A DNA stretch of 64,000 nt from Rhodothermales bacterium (lineage in GTDB: Bacteria > Bacteroidota > Rhodothermia > Rhodothermales > Bin80), in the NCBI GenBank assembly GCA_965220935.1, contig OZ244857.1, forward strand, positions 3,689,844 through 3,753,843, given 5' to 3'. Position numbers and translations under genes: made by a program. Under the pieces are notes generated by a model. That model was not told the DNA's origin, searched no databases, and saw only the letters and a list, made by a program, of their open reading frames with translations. Of this stretch, positions 47,463-56,397 are shown in pieces. Position 1 is the first letter of the stretch, and the number at the start of each line of letters is the position of its first letter.

Positions 47463-49255
47463 ATGAACGCCTCTACGGTTGGGAAGCACCTCAATCCATT
47501 GGGACTCAAGGCTTGGTTCCACTCATGCTACTGTTTTTAGCGATAAGCCTTCAGGTTTCACTTGCGATTCTGACATTTATTTGGGGACCACCTGCCAAGG
47601 AGCCGTTAATTCCGTTGGAGGTTTCTAGAACTTTACTGTGGTGCATGATTGTGTCGTTAGCCCCGTGGCTATTTCGTTCATCAACGCGTGCACTGCTTGT
47701 TCCACTGATTACTGCACTGTTTGTAATCAGTCTGACACCATTACATAGCATCCATCATGTCTTTTTAGTGCTGGCCCGTTCGTTACATCATCCAGAGTTA
47801 CTCATTGTTGTGATTGGCGCACTTTCAGCGGGTGGATTGATAGGAGCGCTCCTTGTCAAGGCTATCATCATGCATTCGTCAACAAAGCTTTCACTCGCAA
47901 AAGGGTCAACGAGTTGGGGAACCGCAGAAGCCTTAAAGAAACCGACCAAGGGTCTTCTTCTTGGGAAAATGGATCAAGACTATCTTCGCTATGATGGCGA
48001 TGGGCATCTCATCACGATAGCAGCAACGCGAAGCGGGAAAGGAGTTGGAACAGTCATGCCGAATTTGCTAAACTATGAAGGTGGAATGCTAGTGACAGAC
48101 CCAAAAGGCGAAAACTACGCCGTCACCGCTGAATGGAGGCAAGATTATCTGGGGCAAGACATCGTGGCTTTAGATCCTTTTAGGCTGATGGAAGCACATG
48201 GTGGCCACATGGCATCCTTAAATCCGATGGACTTTGTCCATCTTGATGGCGATGATTATGTGGAAACGGCCATGATGTTAGCGGACATGATGATCGGGCG
48301 CGGGCATCAGGTTGAAGAGTCGCACTGGAGGATGGAGGCAAAAGGATTGCTGTTTAGCCTGATTCTTTATGTTGCCGCGGGCGATGAATTTCAAAATGAG
48401 AGAAACTTAATTACGGTTCGTCGTCTGCTAACACTGGATCGCGAGAAGTTGGATAAGACGCTGGAGATCATGAAAAACAGTGAGTTAGACCAAGTAAAAG
48501 AAGGGGCGAATCGGATCAATCAAAAGTCGGATAGAGAGCGTAGTGGAGTCTTTTCAACGGCTCAGAGCTATACGCATTTTTTGACGAGTCCGCGAATGCA
48601 AAAGGTCATGACATCCACTAGTTGTGATCTGGAGGATCTGCGTCGTGCAAAAATGACGGTGTATATCATTCTTCCCAGAGAATATCTGAGCGCATTTGCG
48701 CCGTGGCTCCGTTTGATGATCAGTTGTGGTTATTATGCATGTACCTATAATGCGGCTGATAAGCCACTGCCGCATCAGCGGGTCGTTTTTCTGTTAGATG
48801 AGTTTGCCAACCTCGGATATATGCAGAACATCAAGGAGGCTGTATCTTTGGGAGGAGGGTATGGTTTGTCAATGTGGTTAATTCTCCAGGATCTTGCACA
48901 ATTGAAGCGGGAGTATCAGAGGGAGTGGGAAAGTTTTTTGGCGAACTGCGATGTCATTCAAACATTTGCCGTGCAGGATCCATTTACAAGCGAGAAGATT
49001 ACTCGGCTTCTTGGAGAGATGTCTATTTGGCAACGTAGATTGAACAAGGGGGATGGCAGACACTTTGAGGGGATTCGTGCTGGTTATGAAGAAAGCGGTC
49101 GCCCGCTACTTAAACCAGACGAATTGCGTAGGCTCCATCCTGATCGTCAATTATTGTTCGTTCGTCCCTATCAACCTGTGGTTGCTAATAAGTTTCGTTA
49201 TTACAAGGATCCACTGACTGCTCCTCGTGCAAAGCCGAACCCATTCATTGGATAA
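47459..49255 (+). CDS. traG: TraG/VirD4 type IV coupling protein
   Basis: 598 aa with N-terminal TM helices, Walker A 'AATRSGKGVGTVMPNLL' and 'VFLLDEFANLG'. Confidence 0.9.
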   Translation: MNERLYGWEAPQSIGTQGLVPLMLLFLAISLQVSLAILTFIWGPPAKEPLIPLEVSRTLLWCMIVSLAPWLFRSSTRALLVPLITALFVISLTPLHSIHHVFLVLARSLHHPELLIVVIGALSAGGLIGALLVKAIIMHSSTKLSLAKGSTSWGTAEALKKPTKGLLLGKMDQDYLRYDGDGHLITIAATRSGKGVGTVMPNLLNYEGGMLVTDPKGENYAVTAEWRQDYLGQDIVALDPFRLMEAHGGHMASLNPMDFVHLDGDDYVETAMMLADMMIGRGHQVEESHWRMEAKGLLFSLILYVAAGDEFQNERNLITVRRLLTLDREKLDKTLEIMKNSELDQVKEGANRINQKSDRERSGVFSTAQSYTHFLTSPRMQKVMTSTSCDLEDLRRAKMTVYIILPREYLSAFAPWLRLMISCGYYACTYNAADKPLPHQRVVFLLDEFANLGYMQNIKEAVSLGGGYGLSMWLILQDLAQLKREYQREWESFLANCDVIQTFAVQDPFTSEKITRLLGEMSIWQRRLNKGDGRHFEGIRAGYEESGRPLLKPDELRRLHPDRQLLFVRPYQPVVANKFRYYKDPLTAPRAKPNPFIG

Positions 49256-49530
49256 TGGGGAATCTATCGGCCAGCTCTCAATCAACAGAAAAAGATAAGT
49301 CGGTCATTGGGAGACCAAGTTCATGTGTGCCGATTCATACACCATGAGATATGGTGATCAAAGCAAGCCCGAGGAAACTGTTTTGGGTTTCATTGAATTA
49401 AATACGAACGGGTATGACCAGTATTCCGTGCTACTCACCATCTGCCGATCCATCTTCACCGTGCGCCCAACCTTAGCGCATCTGTGGAAAGATCGTATGC
49501 AAGACCTAAACCTGTGATTTAGATAGGGGT

Positions 49531-49542
49531 TATATAATTCCC
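49531..49542 (+). promoter_or_regulatory. TATATAATTCCC motif copy 20 nt upstream of the ATPase pseudogene ATG
   Basis: Exact 12-mer in the context GGGGTTATATAATTCCCATTATTC. Confidence 0.4.
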
Positions 49543-49562
49543 ATTATTCCATCCTAATAACA

Positions 49563-50337
49563 ATGGATACATTCACCGAGTACAGATGACCTGCGGATTA
49601 CTTCCATGGGCGAAACGAGATCATAGTCCATTCGTTCATGAAATAGAGCATTACCGCGCCCGTGAAAAAGACACAATCTTTCCCATCAAAGGACCACCTG
49701 GTGCGGGAAAGGCAGCTTTATTGAGTGAACTATCAGAGCTTGCGAAAGCCATCGGGTATGCTGTGAAGGATAAGGTGAAGCCTGCCAACCTTTACGACCC
49801 ATCAAGCATGGCGTGTCATACGCTTCCCGCAAAGAGCGTGCATTTCAGTTTGGATTGAGGGTACTCCAGTGGGATCGTAAAAAGGAAATCGTTCATCACC
49901 ACCCGTTGTCAACGTCATCAAAAAAGCTGCGCATAGCAATGGACTACTCTTGGGCTTGACGAAGCACAACACATCACCGATCTAGTGTCTCCCGAACATA
50001 TTAAGGTTCGCGCCATGGACACATTGGCCGCCCTGTGATCTTACTCGCGGGTGGACTCGGAACAACAGAACTCGCGTTTGAATCTTTAGGTATCTCGCGA
50101 TTTGAGGACTCCTGCAGGGTGAGGCTTGACTCACTGGATCAGGAGGCCACATGCGCCATAGTTAAAGATCATCTTATCAACCGTTGTGGAATAGACTCCC
50201 CACCGACGACAGTCTGGATTGAGTCTCTTGCAGAGCACACGCATGGATGGACGCATCACATGATGTGCTACATTGATTCTCCAAAGGAGTATCTGGCCGT
50301 GATCAGCCGACGCAGTCTGATCTTGACAATCCATTGA
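49563..50337 (+). pseudogene. decayed paralogue of the AAA+/wHTH ATPases (opposite strand, multiple frameshifts)
   Basis: Fragments in three frames align to the 50575..51783 protein. 'PADYFHGRNEII' matches 'PAEYFHGRQEII'. 'TIFPIKGPPGAGKAALLSELSE' matches 'TTFLIQGAPGAGKTALLVKLSE'. 'ILLAGGLGTTELAFESLGISRF...HTHGWTHHMMCY' matches 'VLLAAGLGTTESAFNSLGISRF...ETHGWPQHIISY'. Confidence 0.75.
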
Positions 50338-50574
50338 GAGGGGGCGCGAGCGCCAAATATCTTATTATGGGGTCCGTGCACATGGCATATCCAAGAAGCA
50401 ACGAAGTATCAATACGGAATTATTCTCAACCTGCCTCGTGACGTGACTGTAGACAAAGAGGATGTCTTGCATGTCATTGAGAAACAGTACTCCTAAAGGA
50501 GGCTCATGAAGTTTTCACGCGGGCACGGCACAAGGAGTCCTTGACGAGAGAGCGAAATGATCATGCCTCAGTAT

Positions 50575-51783
50575 TTACCGCTCACGACTCCACTTTGAGG
50601 AGTCTTTTTCAGGCGACTCACCCTCTATCTTCGGCATTTCAATCTGTTCTCTGCCATACTCATCAATCAGCCATGTTTGCATTGAGGGAATGGGTACACC
50701 GTAGTATCCACCTTTGCGCTTATCAATGATTCCCTGCTCGAGTGCTTGTTTGAAGAGATTGTCTGCTACTTCAGGAGGATACTCCTCATTAAGAATGGCT
50801 ATAATTGATGTGCGTGTCGTAATTCCACCAATTGGAACATGGGCAAGAGATCTGGTGAGAGATTGACGTTGCTCCACATCAATATCGTGCGCGCGCGTTT
50901 CGTAATAGTTTCGCCTGAACTCATTGCCCTTTTCAAGTACAATCCGCAAGCCATCGTCGGTCATTTGACGGTGATTGGACTTAAGATAACGAACTGCGGG
51001 TTTAACATAGGAAATGATGTGTTGTGGCCATCCATGCGTCTCCTTGATAATCGCACCTATCCATGGATCAGGATTCCCCTTGGCAGCCCCTTCTTTTACG
51101 ATCCAGTCACGAATCGCCGCTCGCTCAGATTCCTTATCCAACCGCCCCAGATTTATTAAAGATTCTCCGACAAATCGTGATATTCCCAGCGAGTTAAAAG
51201 CAGACTCGGTCGTGCCCAACCCTGCCGCCAGTAGTACGACCGGTCTTCCCAATTTACCATTGTGAATTTCGTCAAGCACACCTGTAACTACCCCCCGAAC
51301 CTCATTAGGCACCACACCTTCTATCCCCAAATGCTGGGCTTCGTCTAAGACGAGCAGTAAAGGTTTTCTGCCAGACTTAAGAACTTTTTTGATGGTCTCG
51401 ACAGAATCTTTCACACTTATTTCAATGCTCCCACCCTCTGGTAGACCTGCGTTCACCTTTCCACTAAGCTTTTTTAGTAGATTCCTATCTGGAATGGATT
51501 CGCGGAGGGCCTTCACATCCCAAAGAGCGGCAGGACCAATTTCAGCAGTTTTCCATTTGTCGACCTGCGCCTTCTCAGAAAGCTTGACAAGTAACGCGGT
51601 CTTACCTGCGCCTGGTGCACCTTGTATCAGGAATGTGGTTCCCCTTTTTTTGCCGCGATAGCGTTTAAGGGCGCTGGTAAACGTGTCAATAATTTCTTGC
51701 CTTCCGTGAAAATATTCGGCTGGACCTCGATCCTCAATGAAATCAGAACTCATGATGTTTCTGGATTGATTAAATGCACGCAA
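50575..51783 (-). CDS. AAA+ (AAA_22/Orc-Cdc6-like) ATPase with C-terminal winged-helix module, copy A
   Basis: Walker A 'GAPGAGKTAL' and Walker B 'LLLVLDEAQHLG'. The C-terminal ~115 aa are only about half identical to copy B. The likely true start is ATG at 51753 ('MSSDFIEDRG'). Confidence 0.8.
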   Translation of the reverse strand: MRAFNQSRNIMSSDFIEDRGPAEYFHGRQEIIDTFTSALKRYRGKKRGTTFLIQGAPGAGKTALLVKLSEKAQVDKWKTAEIGPAALWDVKALRESIPDRNLLKKLSGKVNAGLPEGGSIEISVKDSVETIKKVLKSGRKPLLLVLDEAQHLGIEGVVPNEVRGVVTGVLDEIHNGKLGRPVVLLAAGLGTTESAFNSLGISRFVGESLINLGRLDKESERAAIRDWIVKEGAAKGNPDPWIGAIIKETHGWPQHIISYVKPAVRYLKSNHRQMTDDGLRIVLEKGNEFRRNYYETRAHDIDVEQRQSLTRSLAHVPIGGITTRTSIIAILNEEYPPEVADNLFKQALEQGIIDKRKGGYYGVPIPSMQTWLIDEYGREQIEMPKIEGESPEKDSSKWSRER

Positions 51784-51874
51784 ACGCTGGAAATTTCATC
51801 TCGGTTGATCATGTCGTAGCATTAACTGCTCACGACTCCACCACTTTGAGGAACCTTTTTCTTGGTTTGGAGAC

Positions 51875-53059
51875 TCACGCCTCGCCTTGTAGATCATTCT
51901 CTATCTCGGGCATGTCAGTCTGTTTTCTGCCATACGCCTCAATCAGCCATGTTTGCATGGATGGAATGGGAATACCGTAGTCCCCGTCGTCTCGTTCATC
52001 AATGATTCCTTTCTTAAGTGCTTTATTGAAAAGATTATCTGCGAATTGTTCATCGTATTCTTGCATTAAGACACCCATGATCTCCTTATAGGTTTTGGTC
52101 TCTCCTAATGGAATATCAACTATCGCCTTTGCTATAGATTGTCGTTGCTCCATAGGAATACCTCGGGCGCGTTGTCTATAATACTGAAGTCGGAACTCCG
52201 ACCCCTTTTCAAGTACAATCCGCAAGCCATCGTCGGTCATTTGACGGTGATTGGACTTAAGATAACGAACTGCGGGTTTAACATAGGAAATGATGTGTTG
52301 TGGCCATCCATGCGTCTCCTTGATAATCGCACCTATCCATGGATCAGGATTCCCCTTGGCAGCCCCTTCTTTTACGATCCAGTCACGAATCGCCGCTCGC
52401 TCAGATTCCTTATCCAACCGCCCCAGATTTATTAAAGATTCTCCGACAAATCGTGATATTCCCAGCGAGTTAAAAGCAGACTCGGTCGTGCCCAACCCTG
52501 CCGCCAGTAGTACGACCGGTCTTCCCAATTTACCATTGTGAATTTCGTCAAGCACACCTGTAACTACCCCCCGAACCTCATTAGGCACCACACCTTCTAT
52601 CCCCAAATGCTGGGCTTCGTCTAAGACGAGCAGTAAAGGTTTTCTGCCAGACTTAAGAACTTTTTTGATGGTCTCGACAGAATCTTTCACACTTATTTCA
52701 ATGCTCCCACCCTCTGGTAGACCTGCGTTCACCTTTCCACTAAGCTTTTTTAGTAGATTCCTATCTGGAATGGATTCGCGGAGGGCCTTCACATCCCAAA
52801 GAGCGGCAGGACCAATTTCAGCAGTTTTCCATTTGTCGACCTGCGCCTTCTCAGAAAGCTTGACAAGTAACGCGGTCTTACCTGCGCCTGGTGCACCTTG
52901 TATCAGGAATGTGGTTCCCCTTTTTTTGCCGCGATAGCGTTTAAGGGCGCTGGTAAACGTGTCAATAATTTCTTGCCTTCCGTGAAAATATTCGGCTGGA
53001 CCTCGATCCTCAATGAAATCAGAACTCATGATGTTTCTGGATTGATTAAATGCACGCAA
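51875..53059 (-). CDS. AAA+ ATPase with C-terminal winged-helix module, copy B
   Basis: The first ~285 aa are identical to copy A. The C-terminus differs ('SEFRLQYYRQRARGIPMEQRQSIAKAIVDIPLGETKTYKEIMGVLMQEY...'). Confidence 0.8.
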   Translation of the reverse strand: MRAFNQSRNIMSSDFIEDRGPAEYFHGRQEIIDTFTSALKRYRGKKRGTTFLIQGAPGAGKTALLVKLSEKAQVDKWKTAEIGPAALWDVKALRESIPDRNLLKKLSGKVNAGLPEGGSIEISVKDSVETIKKVLKSGRKPLLLVLDEAQHLGIEGVVPNEVRGVVTGVLDEIHNGKLGRPVVLLAAGLGTTESAFNSLGISRFVGESLINLGRLDKESERAAIRDWIVKEGAAKGNPDPWIGAIIKETHGWPQHIISYVKPAVRYLKSNHRQMTDDGLRIVLEKGSEFRLQYYRQRARGIPMEQRQSIAKAIVDIPLGETKTYKEIMGVLMQEYDEQFADNLFNKALKKGIIDERDDGDYGIPIPSMQTWLIEAYGRKQTDMPEIENDLQGEA

Positions 53060-53150
53060 ACGCTGGAAATTTCATCTCGGTTGATCATGTCGTAGCATTA
53101 ACTGCTCACGACTCCACCACTTTGAGGAACCTTTTTCTTGGTTTGGAGAC

Positions 53151-53345
53151 TCACGCCTCGCCTTGTAGATCATTCTCTATCTCGGGCATGTCAGTCTGTT
53201 TTCTGCCATACGCCTCAATCAGCCATGTTTGCATGGATGGAATGGGAATACCGTCGTCCCGTTCATCAATGATTCCTTTCTTAAGTACTTTATTGAAAAG
53301 ATTATCTGCGAATTGTTCATCGTATTAAGACACCCATGATATCCT
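53151..53345 (-). pseudogene. 3' remnant of a third ATPase copy (B-type C-terminus, with 9-nt and 8-nt deletions)
   Basis: Aligns to 51875-52075. Differences are 'ccgtagtccccgtcgtctcgttc' versus 'ccgtcgtcccgttc' and 'cgtattcttgcattaagac' versus 'cgtattaagac'. Similarity ends at about 53345. Confidence 0.75.
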
Positions 53346-53510
53346 TATAGGTTTTGGTCGCCCATGAGTCACGATTTTTTGATCTACAACTATTACAGCT
53401 TGATCTGTAATAAGTTCAAACTTATTTTACTGTTAAAAATCCGAAAAAGAAGTCTGATGCCCCCATTCCAATGCACCAGCCGTCAGAAAAACTAAAATGA
53501 TATAACTTTA

Positions 53511-53522
53511 GGGAATTATGTA
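53511..53522 (-). promoter_or_regulatory. near-copy of the motif (TACATAATTCCC) facing the ATPase array
   Basis: The + strand reads gggaattatgta. One mismatch to the 12-mer. Confidence 0.3.
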
Positions 53523-53541
53523 GGAAAGTGACCCACTTGTG

Positions 53542-53715
53542 TTACCGCTTCTTAATAGACTGCGGAGGCGTATTCAGCAGGATCTTGGCGAACTCATCTG
53601 GATCCATGGGGATAGATCCGTTCACTGCCTTCCAGTCCTTCGCTGGACGACCTACGCGCTTCGTAGGCTTCTGAGGAGAAGAAGGCTTCTGATTACTGGA
53701 AGGTTTTTGAGTCAT
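53542..53715 (-). CDS. small basic hypothetical protein (57 aa)
   Basis: Hand translation gives MTQKPSSNQKPSSPQKPTKRVGRPAKDWKAVNGSIPMDPDEFAKILLNTPPQSIKKR, with an AT-hook-like 'RVGRPAK'. Below the ORF-track length cut-off. Confidence 0.3.
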   Translation of the reverse strand: MTQKPSSNQKPSSPQKPTKRVGRPAKDWKAVNGSIPMDPDEFAKILLNTPPQSIKKR

Positions 53716-53925
53716 AGTTGTTGGTCTTTTTTCTTTAGTACTTGGACTTAATCTCCACGTACATCCTGGTGTAGAAAGGAAGGTTCCCTTTCGGGGGTTG
53801 GTATGTATTAGTTTCTGGTTACATTTTGTTATAGATTTAGACCAATCGTCATGGAGAAAGAGTCTTTTAGCAATGGCGACGGTATATCAATCTGGTGTCC
53901 GCATGCTAGGCAAAAGCCGTAATGC

Positions 53926-55022
53926 TCAATACGTCGGAGCTGCCAGGATCTTGAAACTCGGGCTCGCGATAATCGCTACCGAAAAGTATAGACTTGGGCT
54001 CTCCATCGTTGCTTTGGACTCTTTCTCCATGACGATTATCGGTTGTTTATGCTGTTGCAACGCCTCCCAGAGAAAGCCAACCAGTTCACGAACCACCGCG
54101 ACTTTCGGAGGTTTGCGTTGTAACGTTTGTATAAACGTGTTTGTGCTTTCTGGCGATGACTTTAGCACTGCAGTGTTTTTGCCGCTCTTGAAGTGCAACA
54201 CTGATCGCGTAGATGTATTTCCATGCTGCGCTCACCAAGACCTTTCGTGCGTGTGTGTTGCCAGTTTTGGTGATTGAACCAGTGCGGATGGTGTTTCCTG
54301 TTGAGATGGAACTAATCCAAGATGCGCCATCAGTGCCGTCCAAACCGCCGAAAGTCTCCAATCTCACAAACCAACTGCATGGCCGAGATCAGTCCAATGC
54401 CTCGGAAGCCCTGCAGAATCTGAACTGCTTGTTGAAACTTCTCGGACTCGGATGCTGTTGCGTCCCTGATGATAATCAATATCATTCAGGTGTCCGCAAA
54501 CTCGACGCTCTAACTCAATCTGATTGATCCAAGTCTTAAACTTTTTTGTCCAGTAGCTTCCAGTTGTATAACAGTGCCCGTGTGCATGCAAAAAATGAAT
54601 CACGCGCATTTTGGATTGGTGAAGACTTTTTATCAGTGCCTCACGACTGCGCAAAAGTCCTCGCACGGCTCGGAGCTGGACGAAACATTCAGTCAAAAGT
54701 CCAGATCCAAAATACTTGGACAAATTTCTGGCATCGCGCTGATCGGTTTTGATTCGATCGCCTGAGCGCTTGGGAATCGAGCAATGATGGCGCAATCCAC
54801 GCCGTGTTCGGTCAATGTGTCATAGAGCACAGTACCCGAAAAGGATGCCTCATAACAACAGCGAAAATGCCCATACTTTGAACGCGTAGATTCCACAAAC
54901 CGAGCGAGACTCTTCATTTGCTCATCACAGTAACGCTTCTCAGTCGCATCGTAAACACACGCCGAGATTGTGTCACGATGAACGTCTAATCCAACGTAAT
55001 AGCGAACAGATGTAGATGACAT
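53926..55022 (-). pseudogene. IS110-family (DEDD) transposase, at least 3 frameshifts
   Basis: N-terminus 'YYVGLDVHRDTISACVYD' (54693..55022). Middle 'IPKRSGDRIKTDQRDARNLSKYF' (54364..54795). C-terminal 'SGNTIRTGSITKTGNTHARKVLVSAAWKY' (54086..54367). Tail in 53926..54201. Each part is in a different frame. Confidence 0.8.
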
Positions 55023-55242
55023 AATAAAATGAAAGTTTGGTTACCTCAAAAAATAACACTTCTGAGAGAACCTTCCTTTCTATTATATCTTATACTCATT
55101 GAGATAGTTGGCTTCTCTTGCACTCTGTGATAGCCAGCAGTGTATGACACGGATCCCATTTTCTCGCTGGCAGCACCTACCACCTGGCCACCTTTTGTAG
55201 GCCCTATCTTGACCATCCACTTTCCATTCGCACAAAATACAG

Positions 55243-55408
55243 TGGTATCCACCGTCACAAGAAAAGTTTCGAATTTTTCATGAAAAATCTTCAACGCCTG
55301 AAATAACCGCAAAATGAACAAGCAAACTACCGGTAAGCACTTGTAAAATATAGCCCCTGCGATCCTATGCTACCCCAGAATTAGAGTTTATTGTCGGGCA
55401 CTATTTAT
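55243..55408. repeat. 165-bp repeat, right copy, in the 5' non-coding arm upstream of the IS110 transposase
   Basis: Matches the reverse complement of 2168-2332. Starts 220 nt upstream of the transposase ATG (55022). Confidence 0.85.
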
Positions 55409-55584
55409 GATTTTGGTTACATCCAGACCGAATTGGCGGGTTCGCCCATGCCTGGACGAACCATCCATCAAGACATGTGTTTATTAGGGTCCCCTGTATA
55501 ATGTTAAGTCGCCGAGAGGTGAGATTCCCCTCGGCGACTTATCTATGTTTCAAGAGTCTGGTATTTCTTGATCCGTTTAATGGA

Positions 55585-56190
55585 TCACCTGACATTCATA
55601 AAATGGCCGTAGATAGAGGCCTCGAGTTATCTTCAAGACAAACGATCCCATTTGATAGAGATACGGCCCAGAGGTAAGTCCAAGATCGGTCGGTTCTTGT
55701 TCATGATGCCACCATGCGCTGAGATGAACTTCTTGGGGCACCGCCCAATGACATCAAGAACCTCAGTTTGCACCTACGCTGGCCACGGAAAATCACACAC
55801 CAGATACATGGACATGAAAATGGATTCGGGTGATTCAGATAAACCCGAAACGCCTCATGAGCCCGCTTCATCTTCGGCCTGAACAGTGATATCACCTCTA
55901 TGGTAAATATGAAACTGCCGCCCATGCCATTGGCATCAATTGCCTAATAGGTCAACGAACCTGATGTCCACCTCAGTGGGAGTACCGCTAATGGTTCTAG
56001 TTGGAAGATCAAATAGAAATCCAAGTGGAAGGCCAAGCAGTGTCAAGGTATAGACAATCGGAACTGCGCCTGTGACCTCTGGAAGCACAAGTGTAGCAAT
56101 GGGTTGAGTGGGCATTTGATAAAGAAGGTCCACACCAATAGGCCAGACAATAATTGGCATAAACCCAAGAACAGATCGTCAGCGATAACA
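55585..56190 (-). pseudogene. 3' remnant of another adhesin gene (cadherin-like unit + frameshifted T9SS C-terminal domain)
   Basis: 'PIATLVLPEVTGAVPIVYTLTLLGLPLGFLFDLPTRTISGTPTEV', 'FTIEVIS', 'YLNHPNPF', then frame changes, ending '...ASIYGHFMNVR-stop' (stop at 55585-55587). Confidence 0.75.
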
Positions 56191-56346
56191 AAATCTGTGG
56201 TCTAAGAGGGGGGATTCAGATCGCATGATTCGTCTTTGGGGTTCAAAATCTCAAACCCCAACCCAATCGTGTTTCCTTGTCAAAATCGTCATCTATGGAC
56301 TTTTGATCACACAGCGATTAGAAGTAAAAATCATATAATAAACAAA

Positions 56347-56354
56347 TGTATAAT
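56347..56354 (+). promoter_or_regulatory. candidate extended -10 (TGTATAAT) for the fibre/Ton operon
   Basis: TGnTATAAT-like sequence 44 nt upstream of ATG 56398. GGAGGAGG lies between them. Confidence 0.3.
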
Positions 56355-56397
56355 TGTGAAATACTTTTACTTTGGAGGAGGTGTAGTTGTTGTGATC

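Larger units (their letters stand above)
50927..53345. repeat. tandem direct repeat, 1276-bp unit, about 1.9 copies
   Basis: The same ORFs recur at +1276 (51014/52290, 51389/52665, 51622/52898, 51774/53050). Sequence lines are identical from 50927/52203 onward. Confidence 0.9.

Noticed and set aside
50927-53345. Regular tandem repeat that might be mistaken for a CRISPR-like or satellite array.
   Set aside because: The period is 1276 bp and the unit is protein-coding (ATPase core plus spacer). There is no short repeat/spacer organisation. No CRISPR array was seen anywhere in the window.
55046-55321. 91-aa minus-strand ORF upstream of the IS110 transposase.
   Set aside because: It overlaps the non-coding 5' arm and the 165-bp repeat. 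It has no recognisable motif, and half of it is not conserved in the second repeat copy.
55439-55462. Hairpin 'ggttcgcccatgcctggacgaacc' next to the 165-bp repeat, considered as a tRNA T-arm or att site.
   Set aside because: The loop is 12 nt rather than the 7-nt T-loop, and no acceptor or anticodon arms can be drawn around it. I found no tRNA gene by eye in the window.
55506-55540. Perfect 11-bp stem hairpin (aagtcgccgag...ctcggcgactt) downstream of the adhesin stub, considered as an intrinsic terminator.
   Set aside because: No T-run follows it on either strand, so it does not fit a canonical rho-independent terminator. It may still be a structural or recombination element.
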